Source: Tubiluchus corallicola
Lineage: Eukaryota; Animalia; Priapulida
Assembly: GCA_030141605.1 (NCBI GenBank)
Contig: JAQGDQ010000282.1
Span: 1 to 64,000, forward strand
Reading direction: 5' to 3'
Length of the DNA stretch: 64,000 bases
Below the pieces are notes generated by a model that worked only from the letters and a program-made list of their open reading frames with translations, did no database searches and was not told the DNA's origin. Each line of letters begins with the position of its first letter. Position 1 is the stretch's first letter. Shown piece by piece: positions 14,201-25,908 of this stretch. Both the position numbers and the translations under genes were made by a program.

Positions 14201-17200
14201 TTTTTGATCAGCTGATCCCCTCATCCCTGTATTGAAATGAAAGTGTTGTTCACCTTACAGAGTTTTAATCAGTTTTAAGCTTTTACATGTTGGTTTAAAA
14301 CTTTAATATTAATATTGTGGCACCTTTTTATAGTGTTACACTTGAAAATGGCTTATCCAGTTTTATCAGCTGTCTCTTTAGCTAAACATTGGTTTATGAA
14401 TGAAGCTGCGTGTTTCCTTCGTACATAAGCCTTTTATCGAAACCATCTTTTCTTGAATAAATTTTATTTTTTATTTTTTACATTTCAAACCTGGGGCTTT
14501 TATTTGGATAAGCTTTCCAGAGTGTTCTTCAGAAGAAAAATAATCAAAACATTGATTCATCTCATTTCACGGCTAAGCGTTTTATCTTTTTTATTGAAAG
14601 CCTCAGTCTTTTTCGTGCTTTTGGTTTTTGACTAAAAGCATCTTATGCCAAGTCGGGGTGATCTGTTTTTCGTAGGTAGACAATTACTATGTTGCTACGG
14701 GTATGAATTCATCAGGACTAACATTTGGAGGTGGAATAGGCAAGGCAATGGCTGAATACATCATTGAAGGAGAGCCAACATTAGACCTGTGGCATCAAGA
14801 TGTTAAGAGATTCCTAGACTTGCACAACAACAAGAAATACCTACGCGATAGAGTGAAGGAGATAGTTGGTGAGAGAAGGGATTTATTGGAACTTTCCGCC
14901 CTACTGCATGAGGAGTTACTAAGCCCCTTGCATGCTCGTTAATTTATTTTTCAGGTGAATAATTACTTTGTCGCTACTGGCATGAACTCTAGTGGCATTG
15001 TGTTCGGTGGCGGTGTGGGTAAGGCGATGGCTGAATACCTGGTCGAAGGCGAACCATCTCTCGATTTGCTGCAGCAGGACGTCAAGAGGTTTCTTGACCT
15101 GCACAATAATCGGAAGTTTCTGCGTGACAGAGTGAAAGAAGTTGTCGGTGAGCCCTGGAGAACATTTGTAAAGCTACCCACTGCGATATGCTTTTTCTTG
15201 TCTTTTTTTCAAAATTTAAACCAATAGCAAAGAGCAAATTGTGCAACTTATTTCTTAGGCCAAAGAAATTTCTTAGAATGTGCTCAACCTTGACATTAGG
15301 TTTGACCCTCATACCTAAGGCAGTCTAGTATGTCATCTGTAGATTTAAATGTCACGCTTGCACAGAGAGTCTGCACGTTGAACAGTAATTCAAAAGTGAG
15401 CCACTCAAGGACTGTTTTTGCTGTACAATGAATGCGATTCCTGCTGTTTGCCATACAGCAGCCATAGAATTTGTACTAGAACTTGGCGCCCTTTATTGCC
15501 TCACCTTTTTCCATGCCTAGCAGTGTCTCTGTGCACATGTGGCATTTAAACATATAATGTTATCCTAGGGCTTATCAATGATACTGCTTTAGGATTTGGT
15601 CCTGTCACAACCACTAGCATAATAATAAGTAACCCTAATGTGGTACCAGCTTGCCGTGTGCCGAATATGTAAAAAAGCAGCAGTTATAGGATTTTGAAAA
15701 GAGCTACAAAGGAAATCATGTAATGGTCACTTATGGGAAACATCTGGATAAAAGTGCAATTGAGTTATCTGTTAGGGAAGTATGTGTTACCCAAAGTTCA
15801 AGTGCTGTAAGTACTGACCATAATTTTCGACCACTATTGCCAGTTAGAAGTCTTTTTGCTATGGCATGTACTTTTAATTTTAATTTTTTGCTCATTTTAT
15901 ATATTCGCATGTTATCCATCATAATTTTTGCTGCTTCGTTTAATTGTAACAACTTTGGGTTGTATCCAGAGATGCATGTTAATGTCCGTGCACTTGCATA
16001 CTATTTTTATCGTTTTTTGCTTTTTTGGTTTAGACTCCATTTTAATCTCATTCTTTTTAAAGTTATTTATTTTAACATTTGTGTGCTCATGTGTGTTTGT
16101 GTATTCAACACTTTTTGTGTTTGTCCTCAGTACAGTATTAAACAAAAGATCAAGTCTTCTAGGAAGTTAGACTTACTTCAATGTTTGCGAAAAAAGATTT
16201 AGTAATTAAAGTGTGATAAGCGTCTCGCATAAGTAGTAAAATCACTAAAGTCCACATCACTTCCCTCATGGTTGCACCCATTCTGAACACCTGTTCCTCC
16301 ACAAATGATGTCATTCTTCGATTGAAGAAAAGCAGCACACTGTCAGTTCCTTTTCTGCTTAAGTATGATAAGTTTTTACAAAAAAGCTGACTTTATAATG
16401 TTTTTATATTTGGGTATATTTGGGTTTATATTTGGGTATTAACTGACCAATTAAATTGTTTTGTATAGGTCGGTACTATAAAATTCAGTACCCACTTATG
16501 GACTATTCAACTAGTAGAAAGTTACGTACATCTCCGCTGTACACTAAATTACAGGCTGCTGGTGCTGTATTTGTACAATCATGTGGATTTGAGAGACCTA
16601 TGTGGTTCGACGTCGACTCGGGTAATCTTTTTTTTTTGGTTGTTTGAACTTGTCACAACGTAACTGCGTAACTGCGTGTTTTACAGAAAATGTCCACTTC
16701 AGTTTGAATTTTTTTTTACTTAGAGGACATCTTTTAGTTAATTGTGGTTACCAAAGTTGCATAAGTTAAACAGGTCTCAAAGATGGAAGTGTACGTCCCA
16801 CTGCTTTTGTTTTAAACTTGGTATTTGTTTTAGTTGACAAAAGGAAAATCCTGGCTGGTTCATGAAAATTTTTTGTGAACCTGTTTAAGTTTCTATAAAA
16901 CAATTTTCAACATGTGCAGCTAGCAAACGTTGCTCAACTTGCAGTTAAAAGCAATTTATTGTTTGCATTTGCTGTCCTAACATGCCTTACTTTCAATTAG
17001 GCGAGCTAAAATTTTTAATTCTACCTTTATATTACCTTTAAAGAATGAATAGTCATTAACCTTTATAATATAGCTGATTACAAGAGCAATATCTGTTTCA
17101 TAGATAAATTTCATTAATTTTTTTAGGAGAAAAATCCAGTGTCTAAAGCAAGCTAGCAGTCATCATCAGGAAATATATAAATAATGAGTTAAAATTCATT

Positions 17201-20200
17201 AAAATTCATTTATAGAAACGTGAATTTTTCTAATAAGAATTTAATGAAATTTATTATATAGTAATTTGTTTATAAAATTCAAATAGATCTTAAAATATGA
17301 GTAACTAGAATGAATAAACTTAAAAATTTATGTGAAACAACAATCAGCTTAACAGCCAAGTTGCCGAAGAACTGAGATACGGTTTTGTGTGCAAGACTGC
17401 TTGTGTAATTGATCCAGTTAATTAACTAACCAATTAATTAGTTGGATTTAGGCATTTAACCACCATTGCACTAATTATTTGTTTGCTAAGGATGACATTT
17501 GTCAATGGCTTAGATGTTGATGTAAAGCTCAAGAGATTAGAGTGCGTATGTGGTAATTACATGCTGCACAGTCTCTTATTCATTTGTTAAGCAGTTCACA
17601 ATTTTCAAATATTGGCCATGTTGTTTCAAATGAAGTGTCAAGTTTATTACAGCAAATTGGTCAATAATTAATTATTTACTGAACCGTCCAATCAGTTTAC
17701 ATTTTTTCTGCATTAGATGATTACACAGATCGCTCATCATTTTATCAGTTGGATAAATCATTTGGGAAGCCTGTTTGGTTTGATGCGGTCAGAGACGAGT
17801 ACCTTTCTAGCAGGGAAGGAGTGGCTATGATTGATATGTCTGCATTTGCCAAATTTGAATTAAAGGTAAATGTGGTGCTTTGTCAATGATCAACAGTAAA
17901 ATATAAGCCATTGATTTAGACATTCATGGATTGAATATTGTGTTGATTTGGCTTTACAATACGTTGTTTTTAACATGTGTTTAAATATGAGTTAAACTAA
18001 GGATTATTAGTTGCAAATGTCAAGTATTCTTAGGTCTGTGCAGTTTTTGTGCCTCAAAACAAAAATTATTTAGGTGCAAAGCCAATGATAGTAATGTAAG
18101 TTACATTTTGTTGTTTTCTTTTATTTATTTATTGCTATTAGCTGTTTTTAGATTCTTGACCAGTGGCGGCTCGTGTATAGGTACTGTGGTACTGCAGCGC
18201 CCCCTGTTTTCACTCATTATTATCGATAATATTCAATATAATAAGTCCTTTTTCTTTAGTTTTTTTATATTTGTTCAGAACCGGAGCATGCGAGGGAAAT
18301 ACAATTTGCTTCACAGCCCAAGCAATGTGGTGTTTGGCTGTTGTACGCATGTGGCCATGTACACATGTCTGAGGTAACACGCTGTATGCTAGCGTCTGCT
18401 GCTAGGTAGAAAAGTACTCTATCACATTAATAATTGCCATGTGCTTACCGGGTACCGTCATATTCTTGGATATGATAAAGCGTAAACTTAGCGTGTGTGC
18501 TTAAAACATAAATTATTTAATAATGGACGCCTTGCATCCTCAAGAAATAAGTTCTGTGACTGTAAGTGAACTACAACAGCTTAATTTTTCACAGTTGTCT
18601 CTCCATGAGAAAGTTGCAGTTAAGAAAAGAGGCCGTTTAGCACCTGATCTTCAAATATAACTACAACATTAAAGTTACATATGTTTCTTACGTTTTCCAC
18701 AGTATTAAAACAATGGCTAAAAATTTTCTGGAGCAGCACCCCACTAATTTTAGCTATTAGCCGCCACTGTTCTTGACTCTGTAAATCCATTAACCAATGC
18801 TTTTCATTTCTTTCATACAGAAAAGGTGAGAGTAAAGCTTGACGAAAGTTAAAATCTGACTTATTTTGACACTTTCATTGAAATTCTGAGAAATGTGAAC
18901 TTTTTTTGATACCAGATTTACATTATTGTGCGTTAATGTGCTGCTATGTTTAAGAACACCATTAAAATTCAACCTTGAGATGGATTTTTATACTTTCAGT
19001 CAGCTGGTCATGAAGTAGTGGATTTTATGCAGTATCTCTGCTCCAATAACGTTGACAAGCCAGTAGGTGACCTCATGCATTCAGGCATGCAGAACCACAG
19101 AGGCGGTTACGAGAATGATTGTAGTGTTGTACGGCTAGCTGAGAACCAGTAAATATACATGCTGTAAAAGTTTAACATAAAGAATGCTGAGCTGAGCCTT
19201 GGCCTTGCATGCACTAATAATTACCATACTTGTAAAATGTTTCAACTTGAGGCCTAATAAGGAGGGTTAGCTTCACGAATCATTGGCATACTTTTGCTTT
19301 TTAGCATTTTAGGTCTTTGAAATACGTCTGAGAACTTAAGGAGTTAACAAAGAGTCAATTGTGATTTTCACGTTTACTGCAAACTTGTCTCCATCTACCA
19401 GTCTCGACTTGTAAAATGTAATTTGTTCAAACTTATTTATTCAATAATTAATTTACCTCTGTAACTTTTTAGCTAACACGTTGACCCCATTTTGTTGTAG
19501 ACTATGATGCAAGTCAGTTCAAATTTATTTCCCCATTATTTTAATGTTTTCATGATAGTTATAGCAGTTTGGATCAGGAACTGTATTGAAAAACCGTAAG
19601 ATCTACCAATAATGCTTCTACTTGCCAAAATATTTTTTAATATCTTTCCTTTTTACTGGTGGCATGCAGGTCTTTGTTTACCAAGCATCTGAAGTAAGAG
19701 AAATACGACGGGTAATGTTTCCCATATTTTGCATGGGTTTGGTTGTTAGTCAAGGACCAATCATTTAGGAGTTGACTTCTAGGAAATAAGGAAATGAACA
19801 TCACTTGATTAAGTACAGGCTTCTGTAAGAGGTATTGGAATAGCTTCTATCTCTAGGTGTTCCAATGTACTGTTGGAAAAAACTACACAACAAAACAAAG
19901 GTTACTTTTAGAACAATGTGTGACAAACGAATCCGAGCAAAAAAATTGCTTGTGAAGATTTTAAGTTATACAGTTAGCTGATTCCGCTCTACTGGTAATG
20001 GTTTGTATTGTTTGATTTGATTTGACTTGATTTGTTTTGTATTATCGTAACATTTCTCTTGATTGTCAGTTTGTAACATTATCGAGTTTATAATTCCATA
20101 CAGATTACTTGTGCTATCTTGAATTAACTGTAGTTGCATTTATAAAATCGTAGCAGTTATTGCCAGTTTTAATGTGTTCATTAGGCTAAAGATATGGTGC

Positions 20201-22846
20201 AAACTTGATCTTTTGATACGCTAATGTTCTGTCTCCTTTTTCAGTTATTTTGTGATCTCACCTTCCCAGCAGCAGACACGTTGTATGAAGTGGATCAAAT
20301 CACATTTACCCAGTGATGGATCTGTAATGGTGACTGATGTGACTTCCATGTACACGGCGATTAATGTCATCGGAGCTTTGTCACGTGATCTCATGTCAGA
20401 GTTAACCGAAGTTTCGATGGCTAATACAGATTTTCCTTTCTTTAAATGCAAGGTGCATTTTCAGATTTAATTGGAAATCAACAAAAACACATTAGGGCTT
20501 TGCTCTAGGATGCCACTGTTCTAAGAAAATAGCATCCGTTAGGTTTTCTCATCCATCCTCTTAAAATTGGCCAAATCATTGTAATTGTTAAGTTTCAATT
20601 TCATTAGAATGTAATCTTAGATACAATCAGTGCTCTTAGAAACAGTTGCTTTTGCAGGTTATTGATGTAGGATATGCGACAGGAATTCGTGCTCTCAGTA
20701 TATCACATGCTGGCGAATTAGGCTGGGTGTTGTATATTCCTAACGAGGTATTCTTTTTATTGTCTGTTACTGTATGAAAGGCATTTTTATAATACAACAA
20801 TGCAATGCCACATTTTCAGTGTTGGAATTCCTGCTTGTCACAAGCCAGTTTAACTGTCACCTTTTCCCACAATTTTCCTGACCTATGTAGATACAACTGC
20901 TACGTGTTATTTGTATTTATAATTTATCTTTATGTATATATTTGAGCAAGCGACACATTTCTACCTATGGACAAAGTATTTGTAATAATTCACTGCTGTA
21001 TTTGCATTGATTTTCAGTACGCCTTGCATGTATATGATCGCTTGCAAGCTGTGGGGAAGAATTACGGGTTACGGCATGCCGGTTATTTGGCGATGCGATC
21101 TCTTCGTATAGAAAAGTTATTCGCTCACTGGGGTCAGGATCTTACCCCCTTTACAACGCCACTTGAGGCTGGGAGAGCATTCCGTGTTAAAATTCATGTA
21201 AGTGAGGATTTCTTTCTTAGGGTGTAAAACATTTTTTGTGTTGGGTCAATTACTTTTAAATAAAACATATATGCTCGCTCAATTAATTTTAAAATGTAGT
21301 TTCACTACATATATAATCGTTCTCCTGAAAAGAAGTGTCTTATAGTACCAACACAGTTATTTTTTAAACGTACAGTTGCAGTTATAATTATTGTATAAAT
21401 ATTGTGTCACTACAATAACCATTATTTTCATATTGCAACGGTTCAGCTGAGCATTGTTGATATAGTACATTGCAACGTGCGCAGTTGGTACGTTAAAAAA
21501 GAGCTAATAATTTTATAGTGATTATTAATATGTTAAGTGGTAGGTAAAGAAAGCCAAGTTCATGGTTATAAGTAGTTTATTTATGATTTATCATACACTT
21601 GCAGGTTATTCCGCCTTACAAGGATAATTTAACCTACTGTTTTGTTTCCAATGTCCATGTAAAGTACTTTTATATGTACTGTAGTTGTTACTGAATTAAC
21701 AGGCTTGTTTAGATCTCATGATTAGAAATCTTCACCAATCTTGAAAATGTGTCTTGTCCAGTGTGTTTTTTCCAAAATTGGTTGACCACAGTGAGAAACT
21801 CGTATCAGCTAGCAATGTTGCATAAAGCAGAACTTGTGATTTTTCACTGTTTGTAAATTATGCTTTTAATTTAGTTGGTGTTTTCCGTCATCTGTAGAGA
21901 AACTTTGCTCAAACTTTTTATCTTCTGATGATGTATCTCTCATCTCTTGTAACATTGTTTCCTCTTAAGTTTTTTTTACCCGCAGAGTGACGTTGACTTC
22001 ATTGGCAAACAATCATTACTGGAACAGAAAAAGGATGGCGTGTGCAAGAAACTCATCCAGCTACAAATATCTGATCATGACGTGGACAGTGACATCTGGC
22101 CTTGGGGTGGTGAAGCCATATATAGAAATGGAAAGCATTGTGGAACAACTACGTCGGCTATGTATGGCTTTACGTTGAACAGACAAGTGTGCATAGGTAA
22201 AACGTGTTTAAGTGATGTAATTATTGAAAAAGTCCTCTGAGGTACTAAGTGATACCACTAAATCCCTGAAATTCAGTTTTCTCCAGCAAGTGGAATCACT
22301 ATGAAGCTTATTATTGCTTATAGTACAATGCTACTTTCATTTCAAACAAGTGAAAAAGTAGATTTTCAACATTTGTTTTGCATCACTTTACTAGCTTTTA
22401 CTTTTACTTGATTTGGCCATTCTTGTTTAAAAATCAGAAACTGAGATCTCATTCGTTAGTGTCAAAGAATTTCATTTGTCAAAACCAATTTGAATTTTTG
22501 AGTGTGCTATTCAAATATTTAAACTCTTTTACCTTTTCACATACCAAACTCTAGTGCTTTTTGATAATTATGAAGTATTTGCCTCATATGGCTTCACTAC
22601 AGTACTTACCTGATGTCATTAACTATAACATTTTCTATGTGCTTAGGCTTTGTGCATGACAGAGACGATGTTTCTGGTCAACTGAGACCAATAGATAATG
22701 ACTACATACTAAAGGATGCTAGTTTCGAAGTGGAAATTGCGGGCAGACGTTTCCCAGCAAAAGCTGGTGTTCACTCACCTACGCTGGTCTCTGTGGTTGC
22801 GCCACCTAGTCAGTATGCAGCTACACAAGCTTGGTCTCCAACTTGA
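5213..22846 (+). CDS. PDPR: PDPR-family mitochondrial FAD oxidoreductase/GcvT-domain protein, paralog 1 (~881 aa)
   Basis: GT-AG exons assembled in frame: 5213-5274, 5818-5970, 6892-7022, 7525-7606, 7905-7986, 8867-8948, 9649-9770, 10651-10771, 11246-11398, 13254-13378, [14676-14868 OR 14955-15147], 16469-16621, 17717-17865, 19000-19148, 20245-20452, 20658-20747, 21018-21197, 21986-22196, 22647-22846 (2646 nt). Motifs: VVICGGGIIG (FAD Rossmann fold), GTSWHAAG, NGPESFTPDG, GFERPMWF, GGYENDC, LRIEK, WPWGGEAIYRNG. Arg-rich N-terminus resembles a transit peptide. Confidence 0.9.
11682..12612. mobile_element. Non-autonomous Tc1/mariner (pogo/Tigger-type) DNA transposon
   Basis: Imperfect ~26-bp TIRs, CAGTAATTGCCACTTAATAGACTCAC and GTGAGTCTATTAAGCGGTGCCTACTG, flanked by TA on both sides. 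No transposase ORF. Confidence 0.8.
13876..14229. mobile_element. hAT-type MITE
   Basis: Ends TTGGGATGAG ... CTCATCCCTG, with an 8-bp target duplication TATTGAAA (13868-13875 and 14230-14237). Confidence 0.75.
14676..14868 (+). CDS. PDPR: PDPR paralog 1 alternative exon A (193 nt, phase 0-1)
   Basis: cgtag|GTAGAC...ATAGTTG|gtgag; encodes VDNYYVATGMNSSGLTFGGGIGKAMAEYIIEGEPTLDLWHQDVKRFLDLHNNKKYLRDRVKEIV. Confidence 0.85.
14955..15147 (+). CDS. PDPR: PDPR paralog 1 alternative exon B (193 nt, phase 0-1)
   Basis: tttttcag|GTGAAT...GTTGTCG|gtgag; encodes VNNYFVATGMNSSGIVFGGGVGKAMAEYLVEGEPSLDLLQQDVKRFLDLHNNRKFLRDRVKEVV. Confidence 0.85.
18161..18769 (+). mobile_element. Internally deleted hAT transposon
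   Basis: TIRs CAGTGGCGGCT and AGCCGCCACTG; 8-bp TSD TTCTTGAC (18153-18160 and 18770-18777). Contains a short remnant (LQQLNFSQLSLHEKVAVKKRGR) resembling a hAT transposase N-terminus. Confidence 0.85.
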
Positions 22847-25800
22847 GATGTTTATGGAGATGGATGACTTGTATATACGAAGAAACCATTGCTGTAATTC
22901 GCCTGTAATTCATTAGTACAGTGCAAACTTCGTGAAGCAGAACTATTTACCTCCATCGTGGAGTAACATGTGTAATTACTCAGCTTAAGTTAATTAACCT
23001 ACTGAAATATGGTAAATCTTTCCACTGAGAATTAGATCATTTAGGTTTCTGTTTGTGAAATATAAATGTATAAGTCAACTAGATATTGTATATGGATCTC
23101 TTCTGATTATTTTATGTTATCGATTTCTTAATATTGTTTGTTATTGTTGGTGGCATCATATTATGACATTGTCCAAGCAACAGACACTGTAAAAATAAAT
23201 GTTCAAATCTGTAGTTCTGAAACTTTTGTAGATACATGCATCTGCAATAGCGTTGATAGCATGTGGAATTTGTAATGCAGCTTATTGACTGTTTCATATT
23301 CTGCAATACATACAGGTTGCAATATTATTCATGTGCTCTACTCAGAGCTTTACTTATTCTTTTATATATGTGTAGCAACAACTATAATGTTACCTTATCG
23401 TACCTAAATTGTATATTGAAATTGTTTTGCAATGTGATATGTTTTAAGTAAGTTTTAAAGCTAAACGTTGGATAAAACATAAACATTCAAACTAGTAATG
23501 TAATTTCACGTAACTGTATATGATTTAACACCAGTAAGGAAATGTATTTTACACAATTATATTAAAATGCTCATAATGCCTTTTCAGCACTTCACCGGTT
23601 TACTCAAATATGTTTACAAACAAGAAAAAATGTAAAGTAAAATGAAGCTTGAATATTAACTTTATTTACACCCTGCTATAATAAACTATCAATTTTCTAG
23701 ACTATATACACAACATATTATCTTTCTAAGTCTGTCTAGAAACATATTCTATTACACAAATCACAGTAATATAATACACTTGCAAACAATATTTTACAAT
23801 ACATTTAAATAATAAACACACTTTAAAAATGCATCCCTATAACACCCTGAGCTAGGTCCAAATGGCCTGCTTACTGATAATGAACTTCCGTATTGCTGTA
23901 TTTTCAAGTCTATTTCACAAACTACTTAAAAGATATTGCATTGAAAAGTACAACATTAATGTAAAAAAGTAATACAAATAATAACATAGTTCCCATTTTT
24001 GTTTTATTATTTTAGAGATAAACATTGACATCACAAAATGCTTGTATAATTGCCTAATGGTCATGTTGCGCAAAAATAGACACCGAAAACAAGCATCACA
24101 TTTGAACCAAGACTATACCAAGTCCTTGCAGTGAGAATTCTAATTTGTAATTGTCCAAATGACCTACAAAACACCAAGCAAAAGATTTTCTCATTTAGAT
24201 AATAGATTACATCAAATCATCTGTCATCATGTGGATGTAGTTTACAATAGCCTAGATATTAGAGGCTGCACACTAACTGTAGTAGAGATCAGGTGAAAAC
24301 ACACCCATTGTGGAAGAAAAGGACTGCAGTTTGCATTGAAGAAAAAATAATCCCATGTACATCTTAACACATGTTATTCTAATTATTAAAGGTCACATGA
24401 TCAAACAACACACTTAGTATGAATAAATATTAATGCCCCGTAAGATGCAGCAGGAACTGAACAATGTTGGTTTAAGAGTTGTAAAAGTTAAATTACTTAG
24501 TGACCTATTGTGTAATTTGTCACTTTTGTAAAAACTAGTGTAATATCTCTCGTCACATACTCCACAGTCATTTTAAAATTTCTATGTATGTACTTTGCCC
24601 CAAAGTCTCCAGCGGCTTTCACTGTATAGTAGGTGAAGCCATTTTTGTATTTAAAGAAAGAAAAGTTCATGCAGCTACATCTATATACAAGTATAACAGT
24701 ATAGTTCAAACAGACAATTTTACAGTAAATTAGTAAAAAATATTAATGATAATGTTAGCAACTGCTACACTATATCTAAATCAAGTTTAGTAGACAGAAA
24801 AAATGTTCAATACTCACTAACAAAAAGGCAACCTGTAATAAGTAAGGACTGTATCATTTGCTTAGAACTGTTATCTTTACTTCCAGTGTCATAAAAAAAA
24901 GTAACTGTCATAAAAGACCTAGCAATATAACTAGAACGTTACCATAAAAACAACCCTGGAGGATCTGTGTAATGCACGTCAACATACTTACAAAATAAGA
25001 AATGCAAATTCACAGTAAATAAATAAACTGTCAGGAGATGTTGTATACTAGAAAAACAAGGAGTAAACACTGCATAAGACTAAATCACTGCACTGATCCA
25101 AAAAAGAATATAGTAAATGTTTTTTGTCTAACAATGTGCTAGTAAAAAGTATGTGCATTATAGACCTCTGTGTGGTAAAAAAGCTAAATTCATTCAAAGC
25201 AAATATACAAAGTTTCTACAGAAGTTAACAGAACAATAAAGACATGGTATATATGCAACATCGGAATGTGCACTGGGAAAAAGCCCAATGCAATGCAAGA
25301 CAAATAATTCAAACTTTAACGTTAAGCTCATGATAAAATCTTGACCAACATGATTAGTTATTGAACATACACCTACCGCTACATCTCACCAAAAAAGAAT
25401 AAAAAACTTGGCACAAGGCACTTGGATTGCAGTTATGTAATGAGAATTCTCTTTGAAAAATGGCATTGCAGTTAGAAAGAGAGGAGGTGACACGATGCAG
25501 GCTTGCACTGCAATGTCGACAGAAGTGAGTACTGTTTCCAACCGAGAGTTTGAGCTTGGATGGTGTAGTAACAAACACCACAAAGATGATGTAGACTTAA
25601 AAAGCTACTATGTTTAAATATTAAATTAAGGTCATACATCTCCAAGATAAAACCGTTTTGACAGCAAAAATGTCACATTAAAAGGCGCAGATACTTCTTT
25701 AAACGAAACCAGCAGATTTATGTTTTTGTAAGAAACCTGGCTCCAATTTACCTGAAAATCTTGTATTATTAATATCATTTGCAGTTTATTTCTTACGATT

Positions 25801-25908
25801 ACCTTTTGTAGAACTACAACATAAATAGCATTTTACCAGCTCAATTCTCTGCCAGATTATTTTTCTAGGTAGACATTACTTGAATAGTATTCAAGATAAA
25901 ACATCCAG

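Noticed and set aside
15723-16202. 159-aa hydrophobic ORF in a PDPR1 intron
   Set aside because: Explained by T-rich low-complexity sequence; no homology to PDPR exons, so not a third alternative exon.
17128-17147. Possible microexon after ttttttag in PDPR1
   Set aside because: Runs into an in-frame TAA and has only a weak donor.
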